A DNA stretch of 54,014 bases, taken from assembly GCF_004010195.1 (NCBI RefSeq), contig NC_057752.1, forward strand, positions 2,707,004 through 2,761,017. Reading direction: 5' to 3'. Of the stretch, positions 36,236 to 48,769 are shown one piece after another; positions within the stretch are counted from its first letter, which is position 1, and every line of letters begins with the position of its first letter. This DNA comes from Chiloscyllium plagiosum (Eukaryota). The notes beneath the pieces are model-generated. The model was not told where the DNA came from, did no database searches, and saw nothing but the letters and a program-made list of their open reading frames with translations. A program made the position numbers and the translations under genes.

Positions 36236-38859
36236 GGCATTTAATTTTTGTACCAGCATTAGGCCTGGTATCCTTTTGGCATTATGAGGCCTGTCAATCT
36301 CAGGTGGTTGTGTGTGTCATGGTGGTGATGGTGGTGGTGATTTGGGGGTGGGGAGGGTAGGATTGTGTTGAGGGTGAGGTAGGATCTCACAGAACTGACA
36401 TCATTTCAGAAAAAGCTCAAGAGGCATCTCGAGCAACTCACATTATATTGAGTCCTTCACTCCCTCCATAGCTTCACCCCTGCAATATCCAGCAGCCCCA
36501 CATACCTCTGGGATCTCTGCACCCTTGGATCTCTTGCACATTCCAAATTTCATTGTTCCATCACTGGTGCCTGTGCCTTCAGCTTCCTGAGCCCTCCCAT
36601 CCTGACCCTCCCTGCCTGCGGATCTCTTGGAGGAGATCCTTTTAAGGTGCACCTTAAGACTCTCTGACCAAATGTTTGATCACCTCCCAAATCTCTGCTC
36701 TATAGCTGATGGTCAAAGTTTGTTTGCATTGTTTGGAGCATTTTGGGGATGGTTTGCTGCACAAAAGACAGAATATAAATGCAAATTAGCCAGGACTCTC
36801 ATGGTGCAGTGATAATGTTCTTGCCTCTGGGCCAGGAGGCTCATGTTCAAGTCCCACCTGCCCTGGAAGCTTTGAGCAGTTTGATTAAAAATAAAATTTA
36901 TAAATACGAGTTGTTGTTTGATTTTTTTTTTTGCTTGTGTATGGTTTCAGCAGACTTCCCTTTCACCATTAAGGCTTTGTATTAAATCCAGCCAGGATTC
37001 ATGAAAATTATTGCTTTTGCTCGCTGTGGGAAAGGGGTTTGGGCAGTTCTAACTCAAGTGTCCAGTAGATACAAACTACAATGACAGCTGACCCGTCCAC
37101 ACTGTGTTAGTTGGCACTGCTGGCAGGACTTTCCTCGTTGTGCGCTAAGCATTACTTCTGCTCTCCACCTCGTGCATTGTAAGGCGCTATTTTCGCACTA
37201 ATGGGCTGGCAGAGATCTGATAGCACGATGACAGATGCGCAAACCTCCACTGCATTGTGCCTGCACAAAACACTGTCAAGCAATGAACTGTGGAAACTGG
37301 GAGCTGCAGCAAGTTGTTGCAAAGACCACTATGTTGCCTCTGCCTCTTGGGATCTTTGTTCTGAGTGGGCTTTTCACACATCCAGAAAAAGCTTCTGTCT
37401 CCAGAAGGCCCTTCGAGGTCACACTTCTGTATTTTGTGAACAAAATGTGGCAGCCTGCATTAACATTTTCATTTTGCAAAGGTTGTCTTGCTGTCTATTT
37501 AATATGTCTTATTTTTGGCTCCTATTTAAATATTCCCAGACTTCTGGAGCAATTTAATAAATGTTTCAGATTGTGAGTCATACGTCTATAGGCACCACGT
37601 ATTAGTGATGAGAGAATCTATACTGTAACGTAAGAAAAATGTAACTTAATTTTGCCTCTGTCTTCCTAGTTTCTATTCATGCTTTAAAATGTTCAATATG
37701 TTGCACTGTCAATAATAACACAGTGAAGCTTGTTGTGTACCTACCCCTGAATAGATTGTGTGATGCCAAAGGTAGTTTTCATGTGCCTTTTTGCTATAAT
37801 ATTGTGTAGTTCTGTGGAGCTGCAGAAAATGAAAGATCATGTTTTATAGTCTGTAACTTGATATAGTAAATGGCAAATTATTAATCTCCCTGACCTTTCA
37901 TTCTGCTCGGTCTCAGTACCAGTAGCAACCAGGCAAATGTTATTGAAGACATAACACCTCGATATAAGCAGTTGCTTTAGTAAGACAGTTGATGGTGCAA
38001 GGTTAATCAGTGGTCTATAGATCCTTGTGTTCAAAATGTCATTTTCACAGATCAAAGCTGACAGCTGAATCTCAAAATTGCGGATCCTTTTTGAGCTTTG
38101 AATTTCAACTTCCGTTTAGGAAAAAATGTTCATTCTTCACCTGCTAACCTGACAGTTGAACTCCTGGCCTAGTGAATGGTGCCACTCTTGTAAATGACTT
38201 GCTGTCTTAACCATCTGGTCAAAAAGGCTGGACAGCTTTCTCACCATAACAGGTTAGCAGGCTGGTGAGGTAGTGAATGAAATAGCGGTTTGAAAAAGTC
38301 ATATTGCTGCAGCCGGCGGAGGGAGTGTTCCTCCGGTTGTTGGGAGCTTTAACATCTCCATCTCAAGGTGGCATGGCCCACATGGGTGTGCTCAATGTCG
38401 TTAACACATTCCCCAAATTGGAAAAGGCCTCCATTCCCCATCCTTGTTAGATCCAGAATTGACAAAAACACACATTAATTAGTTTCTGCTACCTCAGATA
38501 TTGCAAGAATGTTGTCACATGTGATGTATGGAGATTGGTTTTGAAATAAATTGAAGAGAGGGTCTTGTCACACAGAGGTCATTGGCCGTTGGCATTAGGT
38601 GGAAGCAAATGCTCACTTCATGACTTTGCTCATGCTTCAGTTGCTAACATGTTTTGAACAGAAAGTTTTCAAAACCGAGAGCCTTGTTTTTCTTGGTTCC
38701 AGCTGCCTGGGCCTTGATGGAAGTTGTGCGCCTCAAATTGGATTGGATCATAAACCCTTCCAGTCAAGATTAAAATGATTTGCTTGTATTTCTTTTTATT
38801 TAGTCCACTGTATTTGCTGCTCTCAACACAGTCACCTCGACTGCAGGGAGAACGCATGC

Positions 38860-39675
38860 AGACTGGGCGCCTGCTTAGCAAAACACCTCTGCTCAATCTG
38901 CAAGCACAACCCCATCATTTTCCTTCCCCCGTCTTGCCCCCACCCTGACCTCTCTGTCCTTGGCCTACTGCACTGTTCTAGTGAAGCTCAATGCAGGCTT
39001 GAGGAACGGCTCCTCGTTTTCTGATTAGGTACAATCCAGCCTTCTGGACTTGATATGGAGTTCAGCTTGTTCAAATAGTAACCCCTGCCTTCCCCATCTT
39101 GTTTATTCTATCTTTGTGTGTTTCAGTCTTGCTCTCATTTTTCCTTTATTTTTCATTTTGGTCGATAGCTATTCATCACTCACCCCTTCTTTCGACAGAT
39201 CTTTACTTATCCCGTTACAACTCACTTGACTTTTCACCATCAACACTTTTGTCATTAACCTCCCCTGCCCTATCACAGATCTTCCTCTGTGTTCTCCCCA
39301 CCCCAAACCTGAGACATTAACTACATAAGACCATAGGAGCAGAAGTAGGTCATTCAGCCCATTGAGTCTCCTCTGCCATTCAATGAGATAATGGCTGAAT
39401 TGATGATCCTCAACTCCATTTTCTTGCCTTTACCCCATAACCCTTGATTTCCCTTACTGATTAAAAATCTATCTCAACCTTCAATACGGTTAACAACCCA
39501 GGCTCACCAGTTACACAACTATTGTGACATAATGGATAACAGCACAATTTAGAAAACAGTTTTCCCCGACGCATGTAGAGACCAGATCTTGGTGACACTG
39601 AATGAAACTCTGTTTCCTCTGTCCACAGATGCTGCTAGACCTGCTGAGTTTCTCCAGCATTCTCTATTTAGGGAT
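38860..39675 (+). mobile_element. Decayed PLE 3' region with a CR1 tail insert (about 39322-39510, -)
   Basis: About 38990-39070 reads QCRLEERLLVF*LGTIQPSGLDMEFS, a PLE C-terminus. Terminal repeat text cagatgctgctagacctgctgagtttctccagca lies at about 39630. Confidence 0.65.
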
Positions 39676-39904
39676 CAGAGCAGGAAACCCATGTAGTTTT
39701 TAATCCTCTTTCCCTTGCGTACAGGTCATTGTGAGGTTATCAAAGTTGTCTTTGGGATGTGAGCATTCATTTGCCATATCTAATTTTCGTCCTGAGATGT
39801 TCACCCTATGCCAATAGTTACTGCTAGTAGGAGAGAAATGAGTACTTGAGTGTGAGCCAGCCACTAGACGTGTAACAAGCTACAGTCCTGTGAAGTGGTG
39901 AGAT

Positions 39905-40525
39905 TGTGGTATTATGGTAATATCACTGGATTGGTAAACCTAGCAACTTAGATTAATGCTGTCGGGACATAGGTTTAAACTCCACTGTGGCAGCTGGTGG
40001 AAGTTAAATTTAACGGATAAAAGGTACAAAGTTAAAAATCACGCATCACCAGGTTATAGTCCTACAGATTTATTTGGAAGCACTAGCTTTCGAAGTGCTG
40101 CTCCTTCACGTGGTTGTGGAGTATAAGATCGTAAGACACAGAATTTATAGCAAAAGGTTTTCTACTTCACAACTACCTGATGAAGGAGCAGCGCTCTGAA
40201 AGCTAGTGCTTCCAAATAAACCTGTTGGACTATAACCCTGGTGTTGTGTGATTCTTAACTTTGTCCGCCTCAGTCCAACACCAGCATCTCCAAATCATGG
40301 ATAAAAGGTAGACATCAATGATGGTGACTGTGAAATATCTGTACATTAGTTCACTGATGTGAAATGCCAAGGGAATTCTGCCATCCTTACCCAGTCTGGC
40401 CTACATGTGACTCCGGACCCACAGGAATGTGGCTGACTCTTAACCACCCTTTGAGCAATCCTCTCAGGTCAACAGCTGAGCTTGTCACTGATGCCCACAA
40501 CCCATGGAAGAACAATAAAAAAAAG
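39905..40525 (+). mobile_element. tRNA-derived SINE (same family as 2113), split by a PLE insertion
   Basis: Head gtggtattatggtaatatcactgga...ggtttaaactcc, body ccagtctggcctacatgtgactcc, tail gatgcccacaacccatggaagaacaataaaa. Confidence 0.75.
40027..40298 (+). mobile_element. Fold-back PLE terminal-repeat insertion with hammerhead core
   Basis: 12-bp TSD GGATAAAAGGTA at 40015-40026 and 40299-40310. About 40027-40108 is an imperfect inverted copy of about 40181-40264. CTGATGA at 40177-40183, stem ggagc/gctct, then GAAAG-CTA. Confidence 0.85.
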
Positions 40526-40739
40526 GGGCCCACTTCAGCATGGTATGTCATTCGGGGACAATATAGGAAGAGCCTGATCTGTCCACCATTTATTCAAATC
40601 ATGGCCAATCTGTATCTTTACTGCATCTACTGCATCAATATTCATGGTTTGCAAATGTCTGTTGATCTTAATTTTATTATTTTTACTTCACCCTCAGTCT
40701 CAACTACTTTTTACAGTGAGTTCCAGATTTCCACTCCCC

Positions 40740-41515
40740 TTTATCACTTTGGTGGCAAAAACAGGAAGGCAGATTATTATTTGAATGGTGGAAGTTTAGG
40801 AAAAGGTGAGGTGCAATGAGATCTTGGTGTCATGGTGGAACAGTCGCCGAAGGTTGGCATTAAGGTACAACAGGCAGTAAGGAAAGCGAATGGCATGCTG
40901 GCCTTCCTAGCGAGAGGATTGGAGTAGGGACGTCTTGCTGCAGTTATACAGGGCCTTGGTGAGGCCACTCCTTGAGTACTGTGTGCAGTTTTGGTCTCCC
41001 AGTCTGAGGAAGGACATTCTTGCTATTGAGGGAGTCCAGTGAATGTTCACTAGACTGATTCCCAGGATGGCGGGAATGACGTATGAGGAAAGACTGGATC
41101 GACTGGACTTGTATTCACTGGAATTTAGAAGAATGAGGGGGGCTTTTGTAGAAACATATAAAATCCTGATGGGACTGGACAGGCTAGATGTAGGAAGAAT
41201 GTTCCTGATGTTGGGCAAGTCCAGAACTAGGGATCACACTAACAATGAGGGATAAGCCATTCAGAACCAAAATGAGGAAGAATCTCTTTGCTCAGAGATT
41301 TGTGAACCTGTGGAATTCTTTCCCACGGAAAGCTGTTGGGGTCAGTTTGTTTTATATATTCAAAAGGGAGCTGGATGTGGCCCTTGCAGCTAAAGGGATC
41401 AAAAGATATGGAGAGAAAGCGGTAGTGGGATATGGAGGTTGCATGATCAGTCACAATCCTATTGAATGGTGGTGCAGGCTCGAATGGCCTACTCCTGTAC
41501 CTATTTTCTATGTTT
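40740..41515 (+). mobile_element. CR1 3' fragment
   Basis: [19 protein letters not shown] and FTRLIPRMAGMTYEERLDRL (ORF 41043..41255), plus a 3' UTR. Confidence 0.9.
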
Positions 41516-43294
41516 CGAAGTTATGCGAAGGAGCCCTTCCTCATTGGTTGAGCAAATTCCCCTGATTGGCTGAGCTCTAATTTTACGGTTATGTCCCCTT
41601 GTCCCAAACACCCCTAAACCCCAAGAATACCTTTTGATCAGATGCAATAGAATTGCAATTCTACAACTATCAATGGGTACCCAATCGGTGGCCACACTGC
41701 ATCTGTGAGAAAGAAGGGGCCATACAAATTTCCTAATCCTGTCCCCCTCCCCACCCATGCTGGATCATTTACAGGATGCAGGGGAGCCTCCGGTCCCTGT
41801 GCTACATGCCTCCCAAAGTAAGGCATTGGGGATTCCAAGTTTGGAAGCTGAGAGGGCTTGAAACCACTGACGCCAGTAGCAGCAGTGTGTATCACCTACA
41901 AGGTGCACTGCAGCAATTCCCCAAGGCTCTTGAGGGAGCAGTTTCTAAACTCACAGCCTCTACTATCTTAAAGGACAAAGACAGCAGGTACATGAGAACA
42001 CCATCCCCTGCAAGTTTCCCTCCAAACCACTCACCATCCTGACTTGGAAATCACCGTTCCTTCAGTGTCGCTGGGTCAAAATCCTGGAATTCCCTCCCTA
42101 AGTGCATTGTTAGTCAATCTACAGCACATGGACTGCAGCAGTTCAAGAAGGTAGCTCACTACCACATGTAAAGGGGTAACTAGGGTTGGACAACAAATGC
42201 TGGTGCAGCTAGTGATGCTCACATCCTGTGAAATATTTTTTATAAAAAAGTGCCCAAATCAATTAAATGACTGCTCTCCCTGATTAGGGGATCTTGCTGT
42301 GCCCACACAGCTGCTGTGTGTTTCCCAGCATGCCCAGTAATGTGCTTTGAGGTGTGTAAGGTCAATGTAGATAGCAGTTCTCTCTTTATGAAGGCCTCAA
42401 GTCCTGGTTTGACGTTTTGTTGTGGTTTAACAGAAGGATGACTTTAAGAAGCTGCCTTTCTTTCTTAACTTCACAATACCTTTCTTGTCTAATTCCCTGA
42501 GGGAGCATGTAACGTAAACTGGAATGGAATTTGCTGCATTGTTGCCAGAAAGCTGTAGAGAGACAACATTAACACAGGGCCGAAGATGTGCTTTTTTTAC
42601 TGGGAGGGTTATTTAATAGGATTAGCTCCTGGTCACTATAGCTTGGTGTGTGCTTCGCACTTAGGGGCGAGGGGACAGCCATTCATGAGTGGGTGGGGGT
42701 GTAAGGAGGAGACCAGCTATTTGGTTAGCTCATTGACATGATGCAACAGAAAAGCAGCTGTCAGTCCTCATTCTGCAAGCTGGAGTATCACAAAGCTGGC
42801 CCGTGACACTTGCTAATTGTTCCACATTCTTGGCTTTTGGTCAAATGCCAGGCACTGAGAACTGGGGAGTAGTTTTTCCCACCACCTCCTCTTGTGAAGA
42901 AAACTATCAGTTGCTCTTGTTGTCTCCCTCTGTGTGTGTACCCTCAGCTGAATGGAATGCTTTGACGTTCTATTATACTGATTATTTGGGCCTATTCAGG
43001 CCTGCCTGTTGAAAAGGGCTTTTAAGGAAAAACAAATCACCTCAGTTTAGTGTATTAAATCATCTCAAACACTTCTGGAGAGTGGCTTCTGTAGTGTGGA
43101 TGACTGCACTTGTATGCCATTGTCTGCTTGCTGTTGACCTTATGCAGCTTCAGCCTGACAGAGCTTTCCACGGAAATTAATCTGGAGCTTGATCAGTTCA
43201 AGAATAATTCCTATTGTGAACACAAGGATGTTAAAGAGAAAGTCTCCCTGCCCCACCAGCATTTAGCTGCTATGTCATCTTATGGCCTTATAAC

Positions 43295-43770
43295 TATATT
43301 CATGGCTGAAATAGACAGGTTTGTAATCAGTGACGGAATTAAAGATTATGTGGAAAAGGCAGAAAAGTGGAATTGAGGATGATCAGATCAGATGTGATCT
43401 CATTGAATGGTGGAGCAGACTCAATGGGCTGAATGGCCTACTGCTTCTTTGTTTTAATAGTCAATGATCAATCTTAACTCCATCTTTCCACACTATCCTC
43501 AAATTTCCTTTTCTGCTTATGAATCTATTGATGGGGCGAATCTACAACCCTCTGAGGCAGGGAATTCCAAAGATCCACAACACTGCAAGAGTGAAGAAAT
43601 TTCTCCTCATTCTCAGTCCAAAATGATTGTCCCCTCATTTTGAGACCATGCTCTTCCTGTGTTCTAAGCTCCCTAGCCAGTGAGAAGCAATTTCTCATTC
43701 TCAACCCTGTCACGCCCCATTCAGAATTTTACATTATTCAATACGATTGCCTCTCATTCTTCTAAAGGTT
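43295..43770. mobile_element. Two CR1 3' tails in opposite orientation
   Basis: A + tail to about 43450 (gaatggtggagcagactcaatgggctgaatggcctact) and a - tail at about 43460-43770. Confidence 0.7.
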
Positions 43771-45682
43771 AGATAAATCCTTCTCCACCCAGAAGTGTGT
43801 TTTTGTTGACTTTTACCTTGTGTCAGGTCTGGCCATATCAGCATCTTGGCACAGCGACCTTCTGACCAGCTGCCACTTGCTTTGATTCTGGCAGGATGCA
43901 GCACGAGGGCCATCTTACACCAAGACAGCGATTCCAGCTTGGGCATTCGAGCCAGTGGAGATCTCTGGAGTCAGGAGTTGCCCTGGGACTACTCACCAGT
44001 TCCCCAAACCATGGCTCAATGCAGCCCAGGGCTGTTATCAATAGGAGGCGAGGAAGAGTCATGATAGCGGTCAAGGTTGCCCTCCCAGTAGTCCGATTGC
44101 CACTCTGTCACTTTGTGTGAATGGGGAGCCAGTGGGTAAGAGGCTGTTTCAATGCCTGTATCACCTTAGTTGATGGATTGGCAGTGTGGGGAAAAGAAAA
44201 TGGAGGAAAAGAAATTGTCAAAGCAATGCCAGAACATGGTTAGACATCTGGCAGACTCCAGGCGCAACAAAGCTGTGGTATTTGCAGTGATGCTTTGCCA
44301 ATTACCAGTCATGACTGAACAGTGCAAGAGTGAAAACAGCCAAATGAAATAAGCAAGAAAGCTCCATTTGTAGGTTTCAAGGGGTGAATAGAGATGCAAA
44401 TAAGTGCTAGGGGCAGAGGGGCAGGGAGAGTTGCTGAGTGAGGGGTGGCAGTCCAAAGTGGAAGGATATCATCAAGGCAGGTACACTTTGGAATGAGCTG
44501 CCCTTTTTATTTTTACATATCCAACTCTGTGGTTGAAATCTCTAATGGCTGTTTTTCCTGGATTCTTGGAACACGAGGTAATGGGCCCTTTTCTTTTCCA
44601 AGAACTGTTAATCAAGCATTCGCCACGAGTTGAGTGCAGGACTGAAACTGTCATTCAGAGCAGCTGGGAAATCTCCATGCTGTAACCAGCAGTGAAACAT
44701 TTGCTCAGTCTGTAACTGAGTGTTCCTTCCACTACCCTCCAGCCAACCTCACTATTCTCCCTCTCCCTCCCACTTTCTTTCTCCCAAACAGTGTGCTTCA
44801 GGAACAGCTTTGTCGAGAGACCATTAACTGTTTTGTTGCCTGATTTAATTAGTGTGCCCACAAAAGCTAAGCTCCTGTCGCTGACCTCTGAATCTTCCCG
44901 TGCTGGCCCACAGTTTTGACATTTTTTTCCAAGTTGGTTGAATCATGTTAGTTCTTTCTCTCTGTGCTGTGGAAATCAATGCCCATTTCTTGTGCATGGC
45001 TGGTTGTCCCTCTGCCAATGCCCAATGCCACACGGAACTGTAAAGAGGGAATACCATGATATTAGTGCCAAGATGTTGAGTGCCATATTGACAGCATACT
45101 AAAGCAGCATCTCAAATAGAACCACATTGTAAATGGGACATGATGTTGGGTTGACTGTGATAGAGAGAAAGGGGAGTAATGTGGTGATCTTTGAGGGAGA
45201 TTTCAGGGTCTGGAAGGATCATCTTCAGTGGAAGAGTTGAAGGTGGTGGAGAGACAGTCTTCGATGGGAGGGCTGAGACACTACAAGATAGTCTTTAGTG
45301 GAAGAGTTGAGGTACTATAGGGTAGACTTCAATGGGAAAGGAACAGGGCATTGTTCAGGGCCAAAAGCAATGGCCATAGGCCCTTGCATGATTATGTACT
45401 GTATCCAGTGAGTGATATTTGACTAGGAGAGCCATTATCTCACTGGATAGTTTTGATAGGCCCAATGTCGACATCAAGCTTTCATGGTGAGCAGATGACT
45501 GAGGCTCTGTTCGTGAGATTGCTGATCAGATTGCTCTTCGAACATATGGGTCTGTCGGAAACCCGACCTGTATATTCATCAGCGAAAGTTGGCTTTTGAT
45601 AGATTTTTTGATATCTGGTTGGCATGGACAGGTTGGACCAAAAGGTCTGTTTCCATGCTGTACATCTCTATGACTCTCTTCA

Positions 45683-48330
45683 TTTTTATGCCATGAGGAT
45701 GAGCATTTATGTCCCATCCCTCGTTGCCCATAAAAAGGTGGTGGTGAGCTGCTGCCCTGAGCTGCTGTAGTCCATGTGCTGTGGGTTGACCCACAATGCC
45801 ATTAGGGAAGGAATTCCAGGATTTTGACCCAATGACACTGAAGGAACAGCGATATATTTCCAAGTCAGGATGGTGAGTGGCTTGGAGGGGAACTTGAAGG
45901 TGGTGTTCCCATGTATCTGCTGCCCTTGTCCTTCTAGATGGAAGTAGTTATGGGTTTGAAAGGTGCTGTCTGAGGATCTTTGGTAAATTTCGGCAGTGCA
46001 TCTTGTAGATAGTACACACTGCTACTACTGAGGGGGGTGTATGTTTGTGGATGTGGTGCCAATCAAATGGGCTCCTTTGTCCTGGATGGTATCAAGCTTC
46101 TTGAGTTTTGTTGGAGCTGCCCCCATCCAGGCAAGTGGGGAGTATTCCATCACAGTCCTGACTGGTGCCTTGTAGATGGTGAACAGGCTTTGGGGAGTCA
46201 CAAGATAAGTTACTCACTGCAATAGTCCTAGCCGCTGACCTGCTCTTGGAGCCGCTGTGTTTATGTGGTGAGTCCAGTTGAGTTTCTGGTCAATGATAAT
46301 ACCCAGAATATTGATAGTGGGGGATTCAGTGAAGTTAACACCGCTGAATGTTAAGGGGCAGTGATTAGATTATCTTTTATTGGTGATGGTAATAGCCTGA
46401 CATTTGTGTGGTCAAGTGTTACTTGCCACCTGTCAGCCCAAGCTTGGACACTGTCCAGATCTTGCTGCATTTGAGCATGGACTACTTTAGTATCTGAGGA
46501 GATGCAAATGCTGGTCAACATGGTGCAATCATCGGTGAACTTCCCCACTTCTGTCCTTATGATGGAGGGAAGGTCATTAATGAAGCAGCTGAAGATGGTT
46601 GTGCCTGGGACACTACCCTGAGGAACTCCTGCAGAGATGTCCTGGAGCTGAGATGACTGACCTCCAACAACCACGACTGTCTTCCAATGTGTCAGGTATG
46701 ACTCCAACCACTGCAGAGTTTGCGCCCCCCCCCCCTCCATTACCCATTGATTTCAGTTTTGCTCGGGCTCCTTGATGTCACACTCGGTTGAATGCAGCCT
46801 TGATGTCAAGGGCTGTCCCTCTCCCCTCCCCTCTGGAATTCAGCTCTTTTGTCCATGTTTGAACCAAGGCTGTAATGAGGTCAGGAGCTGAGTGACCCCG
46901 GTGGAACCCAAACTGGGTGTCACTGAGCAGGTTATTGCTGAGCAGGTGAGCTGCTTGATAGCACTGTGGATGACACCTTCCATCACTTTACTGATGATCG
47001 AGAGTAGACTGATGGGACAGTAATTGGCTGGATTGGATTTGACCTGAATTTTCTGTACAGGACATACCTGGGCAATTTTCCACATTGTTGGGTAAATGTC
47101 AGTGCTGTAACTGGACTGTAACAGCTTGGCTAGGGGAGCGGCAAATTCTGGAGCAGTACTATTGCCGGAATGTTCTCAGGGCCTGTAGTCTTTGCAGTAT
47201 CCAGTGCCTCCAATTGATTCTGGATATCGTAGGGAGTGAATCGGAATGGCTGAAGCCTGGTATCTGTGAGGCTGGGGACCACTGCAGGAGACTGAGAAGA
47301 ATCTTCCATTTGGCACATCTGGCTGAGGATTGCTGTGAAAGCTTCAGTCTTATCTTTTGCCCTGATGTGCTGGGCTCTTCCATCATTGAGGATGGGGATA
47401 TGTGGGGAGCCTCCTCCTCTCGTGACTTGTTTAATTGTCCACCACCATTCACGACTGGATGTGGAAGGATTGCAGAGCTTAGATCTGATTCACTGGTTGT
47501 GGGATTGCTTAGCTCTGTCTATCACTTGTTGCTTATGCTGTTTGCAGTTAGTCCCCATTTTGATGTTATGCCTGGTGCTGGTCCTGGATATTCTCTTGCG
47601 CTCTCTACTGAACCAGGACTAAGTCCTTGGTATGATGGTAACGATAGAGTGGAGTAAATAATGTGAAAATGGGACTTTGACTACATAAGGACTGCACAGT
47701 GGTCTCTCTTACCAATACTGTCTTTTGATGGCTGTATCTGCAGCTGACAGATTGGGAACGATGATGTCTGCCATGTCTCTCCCACTTGTTGGTTCCCTGC
47801 TGCATGGGCTCAATTCCTTTCCTGGCTGAGGTCCCTCCTCCTCAACCACTCCCCTCAGCTGAAGTACGTGGCCTTCAGGTTAAATCACCACCACTCATCT
47901 CTCTCTCTCTCTAATGAGAGAACAGCGGCAACCTTACCTTTTATATAAACGCAGGTCTTTTTTGGCATTGTGGTTTTCTTACTCATGTTTCACCTGAAGT
48001 CATGAGCCTTCATGGGGTCCGGAGTCTATGTTGAGGATTCCCAGGGCAACTTCCTCCCAACTGTATCCCACTGTGCCACCACCTCTGCTGGGTCTGTCCT
48101 GCCAGTGGGACAGGACATATCCAGCGATGATGATGGTAGGGTCTGGGACATAGTCATACTCACGGAATCATACTTTACAGACAATGTCAGATTTCCAAAT
48201 TTGGCACTAGCAAGGAGGACCCTGCAGGGTCAATAGGGCTGATTCTGCTGCTCTTTTCCAGTGCCAATGTTGATGTCAGGTGACCCTTCAATTTCATTTC
48301 ATTGAGACTTTGTAGCGATTGGTACAACTG
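45683..48330 (-). mobile_element. CR1-group (L2/CR1-like) LINE, decayed, with internal deletions: APE endonuclease remnant, RT and 3' tail
   Basis: SAGVPQGSV...FINDLP...KFTDD (ORF 46351..46740), WKIAQVCPV...NPANYCPISLLSIISKVME (ORF 46840..47085), and endonuclease text GYVLSHWQDRPSRGGG at about 48075-48125 (-). Confidence 0.88.
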
Positions 48331-48610
48331 AATGACCATTTCAGAGGGCAGTTCAGAGCCAACCACATTGCTATATGTAGATCAGACCAGGTGAGGATGG
48401 CAGATTTCCTTCCCTGAAGGACATTAGTAAACCAGGTGAGGTTTTCCAACAATCAGCAATGATTTAATGGTCATCAGCAGATTCTTAATTCCAGATTTTT
48501 AAAATTGAATTAAAATTCCATCATCTGCTGTGGCAGCATTCGAACACATGGTCCCAGAACATTGATTTTCTGGATTAATAGTCTGGAGATAATACCACTA
48601 GGCCATCGCC
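48330..48610 (-). mobile_element. tRNA-derived SINE head and body, contiguous with the 5' end of the LINE
   Basis: A box TGGCCTAGTGG (reverse complement of 48595-48605) and B-box-like GTTCGAATGC (reverse complement of 48536-48545). The body matches the SINEs at 2113 and 39905. Confidence 0.8.
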
Positions 48611-48769
48611 TTCCTTTGATATACAGGTGTAGTAGAGAAGCCATTGGCAAAATCCCAACTAATCTATCTAAGGAAAGGCAGCTGATTTTGTTGCTTCATT
48701 TCAATGGTAAATTTGAGCCCACGATGGAGTTTATTACTCTTCGGTGCTGTGGATTCAAATATTGTAAAT

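Noticed and set aside
43780..44110. Possible exon or endonuclease remnant (several overlapping short ORFs)
   Set aside because: No recognisable motif or convincing splice pair, and the RBMS frame is already contiguous without it.
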